From positions 1-36,610 of the IMG/VR virus record IMGVR_UViG_3300037801_000074: 36,610 bases of DNA; one strand, given 5' to 3'. Under the pieces are notes generated by a model. That model saw only the letters and a list, made by a program, of their open reading frames with translations. It did no database searches and had not been told where the DNA came from. The position numbers and the translations under genes were made by a program. Below are positions 1 through 7,416 of the stretch, one piece after another (position 1 is the first letter of the stretch; every line of letters begins with the position of its first letter). Origin of the DNA: a virus (lineage: Duplodnaviria; Caudoviricetes).

Positions 1-429
1 AGCAACGTAGCCTATGCAAGTGGTAGTGCTAATACAAGTATTAGGGTCTCAAATGATGGTGGTAGTTCTTATGAGAGTAATAATGATTATCAACTTGCAA
101 TACTATGGGCAAGTCAGGTAGCAGGATTTAATGAGTATAATACAACAGCTGATAGTAAAGTTGATATTGGACTGTTAGGTGGTAGCACGGCTAATTTATG
201 TATGAATTTTTATACTTATATACATAACGCAAGTAACCCTTCTAAGTACACTTATTTTACAACACATGGCACTGCAATATCATCTGCAAGTCATCATGGT
301 CAAGGCATGTTTTATGGTGGTGGTCTATATGTAAATAAAGAAGAAATTGATGCTTTTAGTTTGTTTGGCGATGGTGGTCAAGTTATATCTACTGCAACTA
401 TTTCACTATATGGAATTAAGAGTTACTAA
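1..429 (+). CDS. Tail-associated protein, 5'-truncated paralogue 1 (...LYGIK family)
   Basis: Frame 1 is open from base 1 (SNVAYASGSANTSIRVSNDGG...) to TAA 427-429; C-terminus ISLYGIKSY resembles the next two ORFs. Confidence 0.6.
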   Translation, partial: SNVAYASGSANTSIRVSNDGGSSYESNNDYQLAILWASQVAGFNEYNTTADSKVDIGLLGGSTANLCMNFYTYIHNASNPSKYTYFTTHGTAISSASHHGQGMFYGGGLYVNKEEIDAFSLFGDGGQVISTATISLYGIKSY

Positions 430-956
430 TGGCTAGCAAATTAGAATTTATAAAATCAATTACTGTACCAAATAATGTTGCATCAACAGTAAGTGCAACT
501 GATATATTTACTTCAGATTATGACACTTATAAAATAGTTTCAACTGCACATATTCATAATGCTGACAAAGATATTTATATAAGATATATAAATAGTTCAG
601 GGTCAATAGTTAGTGATAGTGATTATGATGTTGCTACATTAATGATGAGAACTTCAGATGGTTTTTTAGATAGACCAACTTCAAGACAAAATATTGATAC
701 AGGCAGTTATTTTTGTTTAACTGCGGGTAACAATGGTTGTGGTGCAATAGAGTATGTTTTTAACCCAACAAACACTTCAAGCTATACTTTTGGTTTAAAT
801 CAAAGTATGGGTTTTTATGTTGGAAGTCAAGGTTATGGAACAAAAACAATTAGGGTTTTAAAACAAACTACTTCTATTACAGGTATTCAATTATACAATG
901 GGGAAAGCTCTGATAATTTTGGTGGTGGAACAATAAATGTATATGGAGTTAAATAA
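429..956 (+). CDS. Tail-associated protein, paralogue 2
   Basis: 175 aa, S/T/G-rich; ends GGTINVYGVK; TAATG coupling on both sides. Confidence 0.6.
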   Translation: MASKLEFIKSITVPNNVASTVSATDIFTSDYDTYKIVSTAHIHNADKDIYIRYINSSGSIVSDSDYDVATLMMRTSDGFLDRPTSRQNIDTGSYFCLTAGNNGCGAIEYVFNPTNTSSYTFGLNQSMGFYVGSQGYGTKTIRVLKQTTSITGIQLYNGESSDNFGGGTINVYGVK

Positions 957-1516
957 TGGCAGGTAGCTTAATAAAAATAGATGAGTTTACAATATCAAGT
1001 GCAGTTGCAAGTGTAACTCTTGGTGGTGGAAGTAGTGGTAGTAGTGGATTAAATGCTTCTATTGATAGCACTTATGATGTGTATATGTTAACTTATTCAA
1101 ATGTTGGTACATCATCAGATGGCAGAAATGTTTGTGTAAGAGTAACTAAGAGTGGAAGTGCTGATACAACTGCAAATTATGATTATGCTTATAAAGTTTT
1201 AAATGCTAGTTCTAGTTTTAGTAATGCAAGTTTTACTAATGAAAATGAGTGGACTTATCTGTTTGTAGATAATGTTGGAACAGGTACAAGTGAAACTGCT
1301 AGTGGTACTGCTTATCTGTTTAACTTTGCTAATGCTAGTGAGTTCAGTTTTATCACTGCTGAAATGGTAGAAGTTAATTTGACACCAAATACTAAAGGAA
1401 ATATGGGTGGTGGTGTTCATACAGTTGCAAGTGCTAGTGATGGATTACATTTTTTTGATGACGCAGGTGGAAACATAGCTAGTGGTACATTTACATTATA
1501 TGGTTTAATTAAATAA
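956..1516 (+). CDS. Tail-associated protein, paralogue 3
   Basis: 186 aa; shares YDxY, YDxA and GTFTLYGLIK motifs with paralogue 2. Confidence 0.6.
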   Translation: MAGSLIKIDEFTISSAVASVTLGGGSSGSSGLNASIDSTYDVYMLTYSNVGTSSDGRNVCVRVTKSGSADTTANYDYAYKVLNASSSFSNASFTNENEWTYLFVDNVGTGTSETASGTAYLFNFANASEFSFITAEMVEVNLTPNTKGNMGGGVHTVASASDGLHFFDDAGGNIASGTFTLYGLIK

Positions 1517-1549
1517 AAGATACAAATATATAGTAAGATAAAGGACAAC

Positions 1550-1849
1550 ATGACAGAACAACAAGCACTAGCACAAGCGACTTCAGAAATTGAAGCGATG
1601 AAGCCTATGAAAAAACAAGTAAATAATGTAGTAAGCGAATATAATGACGCTGACTATGAACAAGCAATCGAAGACAGAAAAAATAAAATTCTTGACGATT
1701 ACAATTATGGCTACATTAAATCAAGGCAAGAAGCATACCCATCTATTGCAGACCAACTAGACATGCAATATTGGGATAGTGTCAACGACACAACAATTTG
1801 GCAAGACACTATTGCACAAATTAAAGCTGACAATCCAAAACCTGAATAA
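1550..1849 (+). CDS. Putative tail fibre assembly/chaperone-like protein
   Basis: RQEAYPSIADQLDMQYWD...WQDTIAQIKADNPKP motif typical of ORFs next to fibre genes in aquatic phages; SD AAGGA. Confidence 0.55.
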   Translation: MTEQQALAQATSEIEAMKPMKKQVNNVVSEYNDADYEQAIEDRKNKILDDYNYGYIKSRQEAYPSIADQLDMQYWDSVNDTTIWQDTIAQIKADNPKPE

Positions 1850-1881
1850 CTAAGTTTTACAATTCTATGCTACGATGCACT

Positions 1882-1968
1882 ATGTGCATTTCGTATATAA
1901 CTGAAACAGGAACACACGTAAACCTATGTAATTGTAAATATGGGTTAGATATGTGTGAAAATTTATAA
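1882..1968 (+). CDS. Small Cys-rich peptide (MCISYITETGTHVNLCNCKYGLDMCENL); alternative start 1867
   Basis: Read manually; TGcTACGAT -10-like element 5 nt upstream; stop overlaps next ATG (TAATG). Confidence 0.4.
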   Translation: MCISYITETGTHVNLCNCKYGLDMCENL

Positions 1969-2147
1969 TGAGTAATGGTTACACAAATAAGGAAATGCTG
2001 ACATTGATATTACAAAATCAAAAAGAAATGAGAGAAGAAATTAGAGAAGTGAAACAAGAGCTATCCAAAAAAGTAAGTAGAACTGAAGTAGTAGGTTGGA
2101 TTGTAGCTTGTTCTTCAATAGTAGGGTTAGTAGGTATGAATTTATGA
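1968..2147 (+). CDS. 59-aa coiled-coil protein with C-terminal TM helix (lysis-associated)
   Basis: Manual translation MSNGYTNKEMLTLILQNQKEMREE...VVGWIVACSSIVGLVGMNL; coupled TAATG/ATGA. Confidence 0.6.
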   Translation: MSNGYTNKEMLTLILQNQKEMREEIREVKQELSKKVSRTEVVGWIVACSSIVGLVGMNL

Positions 2148-2356
2148 AGGCACAAGTTAATTTAGGGCAAATTTTACAAGGTGGTTTAGCCGCACTTGTA
2201 GGGTGGTTATTTAAAACTGTTAACGATATGCAACAAGAAGTAGCAACATTAAAAGCACAAGTATCAGCTTATCAAGAGAGTATTGCAGGTTTTAATCAAA
2301 ATTTAATGGTAATAGAAGAAGTTATTAGAGAGATTTTATTTAAGGTAGGTGGATAA
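2144..2356 (+). CDS. Small protein with N-terminal hydrophobic helix and coiled coil
   Basis: True start probably ATG 2144 (ATGA overlap) rather than 2096; LQGGLAALVGWLF followed by heptads. Confidence 0.6.
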   Translation: MKAQVNLGQILQGGLAALVGWLFKTVNDMQQEVATLKAQVSAYQESIAGFNQNLMVIEEVIREILFKVGG

Positions 2357-2394
2357 TGGACTGTTGTGGTGGTGGTTGTTGTGGTGGCAAGTAA
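2356..2394 (+). CDS. 12-aa micropeptide MDCCGGGCCGGK
   Basis: TAATG-coupled; AGGTAGGTGG upstream. Confidence 0.35.
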   Translation: MDCCGGGCCGGK

Positions 2395-2448
2395 AACATA
2401 ATTGTAAAATAACAAACACTTGCATCAAAACTGCTACAATATTGCGTA

Positions 2449-3009
2449 ATGTATGAAATAGTTAGTCGCCAAACGATAGGCTTACGTGAGCCTAAATCAA
2501 GGTCAGCAATTAACCCTTCATACGTTAAGGGCTTAACAGTACACTATACAGGCGACCCATACGAAACCAAACTCGATTACCTTGATGATGTTTTTCGTAA
2601 GTTAAAAAACATACAAAAATTTCACATGGACGATAGGGGTTGGGCAGACATTGGGTATAGTTTCGCAGTATCTAATTACAACACCGAGATTTTTGAATTA
2701 AGGGGTTTTGATGTATATAGTGCGCATAGTGGTGTCACACAGATAAATAAAACGTTTGCTAGTGTTGTGTGGTTAGGTGGTCAAAAAGATATACCTAACG
2801 ATAACGCAAAAAAAGCAATAGAACGTCTGCAACAAATTATGTCAGACAAATATAACAAAAAAATTATGGTTACAGGACATCGTGACCATAAAAAAACATT
2901 ATGCCCTAGTGCATCTATGTATGAGTGGCTAACATCTGTTGAGCCTTCTTGGAAGATAAAGAAGGTGAAAAAGAAAAAATGGTCGAAAACAAAGTACCGA
3001 TTTCTATAA
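2449..3009 (+). CDS. Endolysin, N-acetylmuramoyl-L-alanine amidase (Amidase_2/PGRP-like)
   Basis: VHYT, IQKFHMDDRGWADIGYSF, AHS, GHRD..TLCP zinc-amidase motifs. Confidence 0.9.
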   Translation: MYEIVSRQTIGLREPKSRSAINPSYVKGLTVHYTGDPYETKLDYLDDVFRKLKNIQKFHMDDRGWADIGYSFAVSNYNTEIFELRGFDVYSAHSGVTQINKTFASVVWLGGQKDIPNDNAKKAIERLQQIMSDKYNKKIMVTGHRDHKKTLCPSASMYEWLTSVEPSWKIKKVKKKKWSKTKYRFL

Positions 3010-3221
3010 AAGAGTTTGCCAAAAAACAACCAACTGTTATTTGGAAAACTGAAGAAGGTAAAAAACAATTACAGCAAGCAGTCAAAGCAATTAAAGAAGA
3101 CGAATTACAAGTATCAATTGCAATAAAATGGCTTAAAGACGAGTGTGGTTGGTCATTATCTATGAGAAGAATACGTGACATTGTAGATATGCACATAGGC
3201 GACAATTGGCAAGGTTATTAA
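2979..3221 (+). CDS. Small helical hypothetical protein
   Basis: ATG 2979 after GAAGGTG; lies directly upstream of the phosphoesterase. Confidence 0.55.
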   Translation: MVENKVPISIKEFAKKQPTVIWKTEEGKKQLQQAVKAIKEDELQVSIAIKWLKDECGWSLSMRRIRDIVDMHIGDNWQGY

Positions 3222-3222
3222 T

Positions 3223-4287
3223 ATGCCAAAAGATATAAACGAGTTTGCAGAAGAAGCTAAGGTTGAAGAAAAAATAGCAAACTTAAAATCAACAATTAAT
3301 AGATTACATAGTCAGTTAGAAAAAGAAAAAGATAAAAGTGCTGACATATTAAGAACTGTACAAGAAACAGTTAGAGATAGTATTGCAGATATAGATTTAG
3401 GCAAGATACCTAAACCAAAAGCTGTACGTAAAACAAAAAACGAAGAAGTAGCTGTAGCTGTTTTAAGTGATTGGCAATTAGGCAAAATAACACAAACATA
3501 CAATTCTGACATAGCAAAAGAACGTGTAGATGAATTTGGTGATTATGTTGTAGAGCTTACAAACATACAAAGAGCGCATCACCCAATTAAAAAATTACAT
3601 GTATGGGCTTTAGGCGATTTAGTAGAAGGCACAAACATATTTGCAGGTCAACAGTGGTTAGTTGACAGTGGTGTTTATAGACAGGTATTTAAAAATGGCG
3701 CACAAATGTTAGCTAAGTTTTTAATAAAAATGTTAGCTAACTTTGACGAAGTACACTTTGTTGGCGTAATTGGTAATCATGGAAGACTTGGTTTTAGGGG
3801 TCAACATCATTACGAAGATAATGCTGACAGATTTTTATACGAAACAGCAAGACTTATATTAGAAGAAGAAAAACGTATAACTTGGAATATACCTGAAGCG
3901 TCAGGTGGCGACCATGCGTGGTATGCAATTGACAACATAGGTAATTATTCTTGCATGCTTATTCATGGTGACCAATTTCGTGGAAGTTTAGGTGTGCCGT
4001 TCTATGGCGTAAGAAAAAAAGTATTAGGTTGGAAGTCAGTAGCTAGTGAAGGTCACATGCCACAGTTTAAAGATGTAGCATTTGGTCATTGGCATCAAGT
4101 ATATCAACAAGATATAAATGGTATTCATGTGCGTTGTGGTGGTAGCACAGAAAGTGATAATATTTATGCGTTGGAAAACCTTGCATCACAAGGCAGACCA
4201 TCGCAACGTTTGTTGTTTGTTAACCCGCAACGAGGGTGGACAACAGCAGAGTACCCACAAGTAAGACTAGGACTAAAGGAAGAATAA
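3223..4287 (+). CDS. Calcineurin-like metallophosphoesterase with N-terminal coiled coil
   Basis: SDWQ, LGD, GNHG, HGD, GHWH motifs. Confidence 0.85.
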   Translation: MPKDINEFAEEAKVEEKIANLKSTINRLHSQLEKEKDKSADILRTVQETVRDSIADIDLGKIPKPKAVRKTKNEEVAVAVLSDWQLGKITQTYNSDIAKERVDEFGDYVVELTNIQRAHHPIKKLHVWALGDLVEGTNIFAGQQWLVDSGVYRQVFKNGAQMLAKFLIKMLANFDEVHFVGVIGNHGRLGFRGQHHYEDNADRFLYETARLILEEEKRITWNIPEASGGDHAWYAIDNIGNYSCMLIHGDQFRGSLGVPFYGVRKKVLGWKSVASEGHMPQFKDVAFGHWHQVYQQDINGIHVRCGGSTESDNIYALENLASQGRPSQRLLFVNPQRGWTTAEYPQVRLGLKEE

Positions 4288-4496
4288 TGGATTATTGGAA
4301 AAATGCTTTAATTCGTGGACTTCGTACAGGCATACAGTCAGCACTAGCAGTAATACTTGCATCACAAGCAGGTTTTATGGACATGGACGTTCTTGCAAGC
4401 GCAGGAATTGCACTTGTCACAGCACTGTTGAGTGTCGCTCAAAATGCCATCGAAGATGCACCAATTAAAATCGGTAATAACATACCTAAAGGTTAA
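4287..4496 (+). CDS. Holin, r1t/actinophage type
   Basis: WKNALIRGLRTGIQ followed by two TM segments; start 4287 by TAATG coupling. Confidence 0.75.
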   Translation: MDYWKNALIRGLRTGIQSALAVILASQAGFMDMDVLASAGIALVTALLSVAQNAIEDAPIKIGNNIPKG

Positions 4497-4660
4497 TGTC
4501 ACTTTACGCAAGACGTAGGGGTATTAAAGGGCGTAAGCCTAAAAAAAACTACGATGTGCGTATTTGTGAACAAGATAAGTGTGATGTTAAATTATCAATA
4601 TACAATAAAAAAAAATATTGTTATACTCATACTAAGCCTGTAAAGAGGTGGACAAAGTAA
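4496..4660 (+). CDS. 54-aa basic Zn-finger-like protein
   Basis: Manual translation ...RICEQDKCDVKLSIYNKKKYCYTH...; TAATG-coupled to the holin. Confidence 0.55.
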   Translation: MSLYARRRGIKGRKPKKNYDVRICEQDKCDVKLSIYNKKKYCYTHTKPVKRWTK

Positions 4661-4767
4661 GAAACAAGTCTTGCTTTGTATAGATAGAAAGATATGGCTT
4701 TTCATCATATTAGCATGAGTGGACACTTGTTAGGTAAGATGATTTGAGTAGTTTTCTATTCTTTCAT

Positions 4768-4802
4768 AAGAAAACCCCCTATTGCTAGGGGGTTTATCTT
4801 TT
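4768..4802. terminator. Intrinsic terminator, probably bidirectional
   Basis: AAACCCCCTA-ttgc-TAGGGGGTTT 10-bp stem (GCAA loop on - strand); T-rich tails in both directions; between convergent units. Confidence 0.85.
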
Positions 4803-4836
4803 GTACGATAATAAGGGGATATGTCACAAAGACATA
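4768..4836 (-). ncRNA. Candidate anti-SD small RNA (~69 nt)
   Basis: Extended -10 TGgTACAAT (4850-4842), 5' hairpin UAUGUC/GACAUA, seed AUCCCCUUAUUAUCGUA, then the terminator. Confidence 0.6.
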
Positions 4837-4875
4837 CGATTATTGTACCATAAGTAAAGCAGTTGCCTGTATTAC

Positions 4876-5604
4876 TTAATTCTTCAATTGTAGCACATTA
4901 GCGAGTTCTTTTTGGTCTGCTAGTGCTAGTTGTTCTATTCTAAATTTAGCTTGTTTAAGGTCAGTTATTACATAAGGCAACAATAATGATTGCCATGCTT
5001 TTTGTATAACTTCTAATAAATCATCATTAGACATTGACTTTTGCAAGCGTTGTAATTCAACAATAGCTAGGTTAGGGCTACTAATACTAGCGCTATCAGA
5101 TGTTTTGGTATCATTAGAAGATACACTAACAGGGTTGTGATTAGCATGGGTATTGTCTTTTACTTCACCTGCAAAAGTCGCAGTCTTTTTATTCAGTGCA
5201 TTACTTCCTGCAACAGCAAGTTCATAATCACTTGCTTCAACTGAAGGAAATATAAATCTTAAAGCACGACCTGCACTAGAAGTTTGGCAGTTCTCTATGT
5301 GAGATGTTTGATTAACACCTTTACCACCTAATACTTCTTCTGCGTAGCCTTCAGCGTCAGCTTTATATTCGACACCTGCTTCTGCACACTTAACGTAAGT
5401 GTCAATATCAAAATTTTTATATGCTTTACAAATGAATTGTATTCTCGTACCATCATCAATTGTTTTTTCAAAAAGTAATCTGCCATTTGGATATTCAGCA
5501 TTAAAACGTTTAACGTTTTCAAATACAGGTACGTACTCTTTACCTTTGATGTTAATAGTTTCAACTGTTACTTTATTCTTCTTCTTCGTTTCTGTTTGTG
5601 TCAT
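4876..5604 (-). CDS. Putative single-strand annealing protein (Rad52/Sak-like)
   Basis: NIKGKEYVPV...SHIENCQTSSAGRAL N-terminal motifs, low-complexity linker and helical C-terminus. Confidence 0.6.
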   Translation of the reverse strand: MTQTETKKKNKVTVETINIKGKEYVPVFENVKRFNAEYPNGRLLFEKTIDDGTRIQFICKAYKNFDIDTYVKCAEAGVEYKADAEGYAEEVLGGKGVNQTSHIENCQTSSAGRALRFIFPSVEASDYELAVAGSNALNKKTATFAGEVKDNTHANHNPVSVSSNDTKTSDSASISSPNLAIVELQRLQKSMSNDDLLEVIQKAWQSLLLPYVITDLKQAKFRIEQLALADQKELANVLQLKN

Positions 5605-5752
5605 TATCCACCTTATCCTTCTCTAATTGCAAAACTAAAGTTGATGCAATTGTAAGTAATAAAATTACTTGTACGTCAACTTTGTTAGCGTCTTGTCGTA
5701 ATATGCTATTAGCAATAGCATTTAAGTTTTTCTTAATATCGTTTAAGTTCAT
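5573..5752 (-). CDS. 59-aa hypothetical protein (leaderless)
   Basis: MNLNDIKKNLNAIANSILRQD...; TTGCAT-N16-TACTAT-N7-ATG upstream. Confidence 0.5.
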   Translation of the reverse strand: MNLNDIKKNLNAIANSILRQDANKVDVQVILLLTIASTLVLQLEKDKVDNDTNRNEEEE

Positions 5753-5827
5753 AAAATAAATAGTAGTACATGTAGCATTATATGCAACACTTGTTATAAT
5801 AAATTTTACGATAAGGAAGGAAAAAAT
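5753..5827. promoter_or_regulatory. Divergent promoter pair with palindromic operator
   Basis: Leftward TTGCAT-N16-TACTAT; rightward TGtTATAAT (5792-5800); TGTAGCA-ttata-TGCAACA at 5771-5789. Confidence 0.65.
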
Positions 5828-6061
5828 ATGGAATTACTTACGTGTCAAGATATTGCACGTATAGCAGGCGTAAAAGTACGAACTGTTTATATGTGGATAT
5901 TTAGAACTAAGCAGGGTCTTATGAATTTCCCATCACCTGATGTGGATATTCCAAGAAGACCATTATGGAAATTAGAAACAGTCATAACATGGCTAGGACA
6001 AAGGGGAACAAATGTTACAAGTAAGGGGTCAGCAAGTACCACAGACAAAGTTATGCAATAA
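5828..6061 (+). CDS. HTH DNA-binding protein (AlpA/excisionase-like)
   Basis: LLTCQDIARIAGVKVRTVYMW...FPSPD...PLWKLETVITW. Confidence 0.8.
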   Translation: MELLTCQDIARIAGVKVRTVYMWIFRTKQGLMNFPSPDVDIPRRPLWKLETVITWLGQRGTNVTSKGSASTTDKVMQ

Positions 6062-6320
6062 AGGTACAAAGTGTACTGCTATTGGATTACATAGTCACAA
6101 ACTTAATCAAGAAGAAAAAATACTTTGGGCTTTAGAAACTTTTGATAAAGTGTCTAACGCTGAATTTGTATTTGATTTACGTTGTACAAGATTTGGTGGT
6201 CACTTGTTTAATTTAAGAGAGAAGGGCTACGTAATTGAAACTATCAGTGGCGATGCGCATGGTGAGTTTTATTACAAGCTAATAGCAAGACCTAACGACA
6301 CACAAATGGCTTTACTATGA
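6012..6320 (+). CDS. Winged-HTH protein (HTH_39-like)
   Basis: RFGGHLFNLREKGYVIET motif; SD AAGGGGA. Confidence 0.7.
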   Translation: MLQVRGQQVPQTKLCNKGTKCTAIGLHSHKLNQEEKILWALETFDKVSNAEFVFDLRCTRFGGHLFNLREKGYVIETISGDAHGEFYYKLIARPNDTQMALL

Positions 6321-7072
6321 AGGACAGAATAATTGCGAGTGAGTATTTTGCAATTGTTCCTGAAGCTATTTTATATGCAAATATAAGCGACAGGGCAGTT
6401 AGGTTATATGCAGTTTTAAGAAGGTACGCAGACGATAAGACCAATATGTGTTACCCAAGCAGAAGCACGTTGGCAAACAGGCTTTATACGTCAACTAGAA
6501 GTGTTGACAGAGCTATGGACGAGTTAGTAGCACTAGGCGCAATATCTAAACAAATGCGTAAGCTAGAAAACAACGAAGGCTACACAAGCAACATGTACAC
6601 ACTTAATGTCATAATTGCACCACCTAGCGCAGATGTGCGCTACCCTAGTGCAAATACGCCTGACCCTAGCGCACATGTGGCGAACAAAACAAAGCCAATT
6701 AAACATAGCCATAGAAACAGTGGTAAAAGAAAAAAAGATTTAGTTTTTGAAGAATTAGCTAAACAGTGTGGCATAGATTGGAACAACGCAACAGCAAATG
6801 AATTAGGAAGACTTAACAAAGCTGTTAAACAACTAAAAGACATAAATGCAACAGTTGAAGAAATACAAGAAGTTGCAAAGTGGTATAAGAAAAATTGGAA
6901 GAACATAACACTAACACCAACTGCAATTGCGAGTAATTGGTCTATGTTAAAACAAGAAGTCAAAACAGATAAACCTAAAGAGCCAAGAGATTGTAAAAAA
7001 CTAGGTTGTCAGTGGGTTGACTTAGGCGTAATTTACTATTGTCATTTTTGTAAAAGTGAGAAAACTAAATGA
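6317..7072 (+). CDS. Replication initiator (N-terminal HTH_36-type, lambda O-like layout)
   Basis: LYAVLRRYAD..CYPSRSTLA..SVDRAMDEL..G.I..SNMYTL; internal repeats; C-terminal CxxC pair. Confidence 0.8.
   Translation: MKDRIIASEYFAIVPEAILYANISDRAVRLYAVLRRYADDKTNMCYPSRSTLANRLYTSTRSVDRAMDELVALGAISKQMRKLENNEGYTSNMYTLNVIIAPPSADVRYPSANTPDPSAHVANKTKPIKHSHRNSGKRKKDLVFEELAKQCGIDWNNATANELGRLNKAVKQLKDINATVEEIQEVAKWYKKNWKNITLTPTAIASNWSMLKQEVKTDKPKEPRDCKKLGCQWVDLGVIYYCHFCKSEKTK
6623..6720 (+). repeat. Three 21-bp-spaced iteron-like repeats plus A-rich tract (putative origin)
   Basis: CCTAGCGCA 6623, CCTAGTGCA 6644, CCTAGCGCA 6665. Confidence 0.7.
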
Positions 7073-7416
7073 CATACAGTGAATACGAGTTAGACGATTT
7101 AGATGATGAGTTAGTTTATCCTTATGGCAACGCACCTGCACCAAAAGACAGAGCTGTAAGACGTAAACTACTTAGAGAAGCATTAGTTAAAATTGCAAAA
7201 AACAGATGCGAGTGGGCAGAGTGTAACGACATAGGTACTGACATGGCACACATAACTGCAAGTGGTATGGGTGGCGCTATTAGTAAAGACAGATTAGATA
7301 ACGTTGCTTTATTATGTCATCATCATCACATGTGTTTTGATTATCAAATGTCTGCAAAGCAAAGACAGTTTGCGTTATCAGAATTATTAAGGGGGTACGT
7401 GCTTGGAAATAGATAA
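7069..7416 (+). CDS. HNH-like endonuclease
   Basis: CEWAEC..DMAHI..LDNVALLCHHHHMCFD. Confidence 0.75.
   Translation: MTYSEYELDDLDDELVYPYGNAPAPKDRAVRRKLLREALVKIAKNRCEWAECNDIGTDMAHITASGMGGAISKDRLDNVALLCHHHHMCFDYQMSAKQRQFALSELLRGYVLGNR

Noticed and set aside
4811-4853. + strand micro-ORF MSQRHTIIVP after AAGGGG
   Set aside because: SD-ATG spacing is only 2 nt and it lies past the terminator with no + strand promoter; the - strand sRNA reading explains the sequence better
5828-6061. Excisionase/lysogeny module
   Set aside because: No integrase, att-like repeat or CI-type repressor in the window, so a temperate lifestyle cannot be supported
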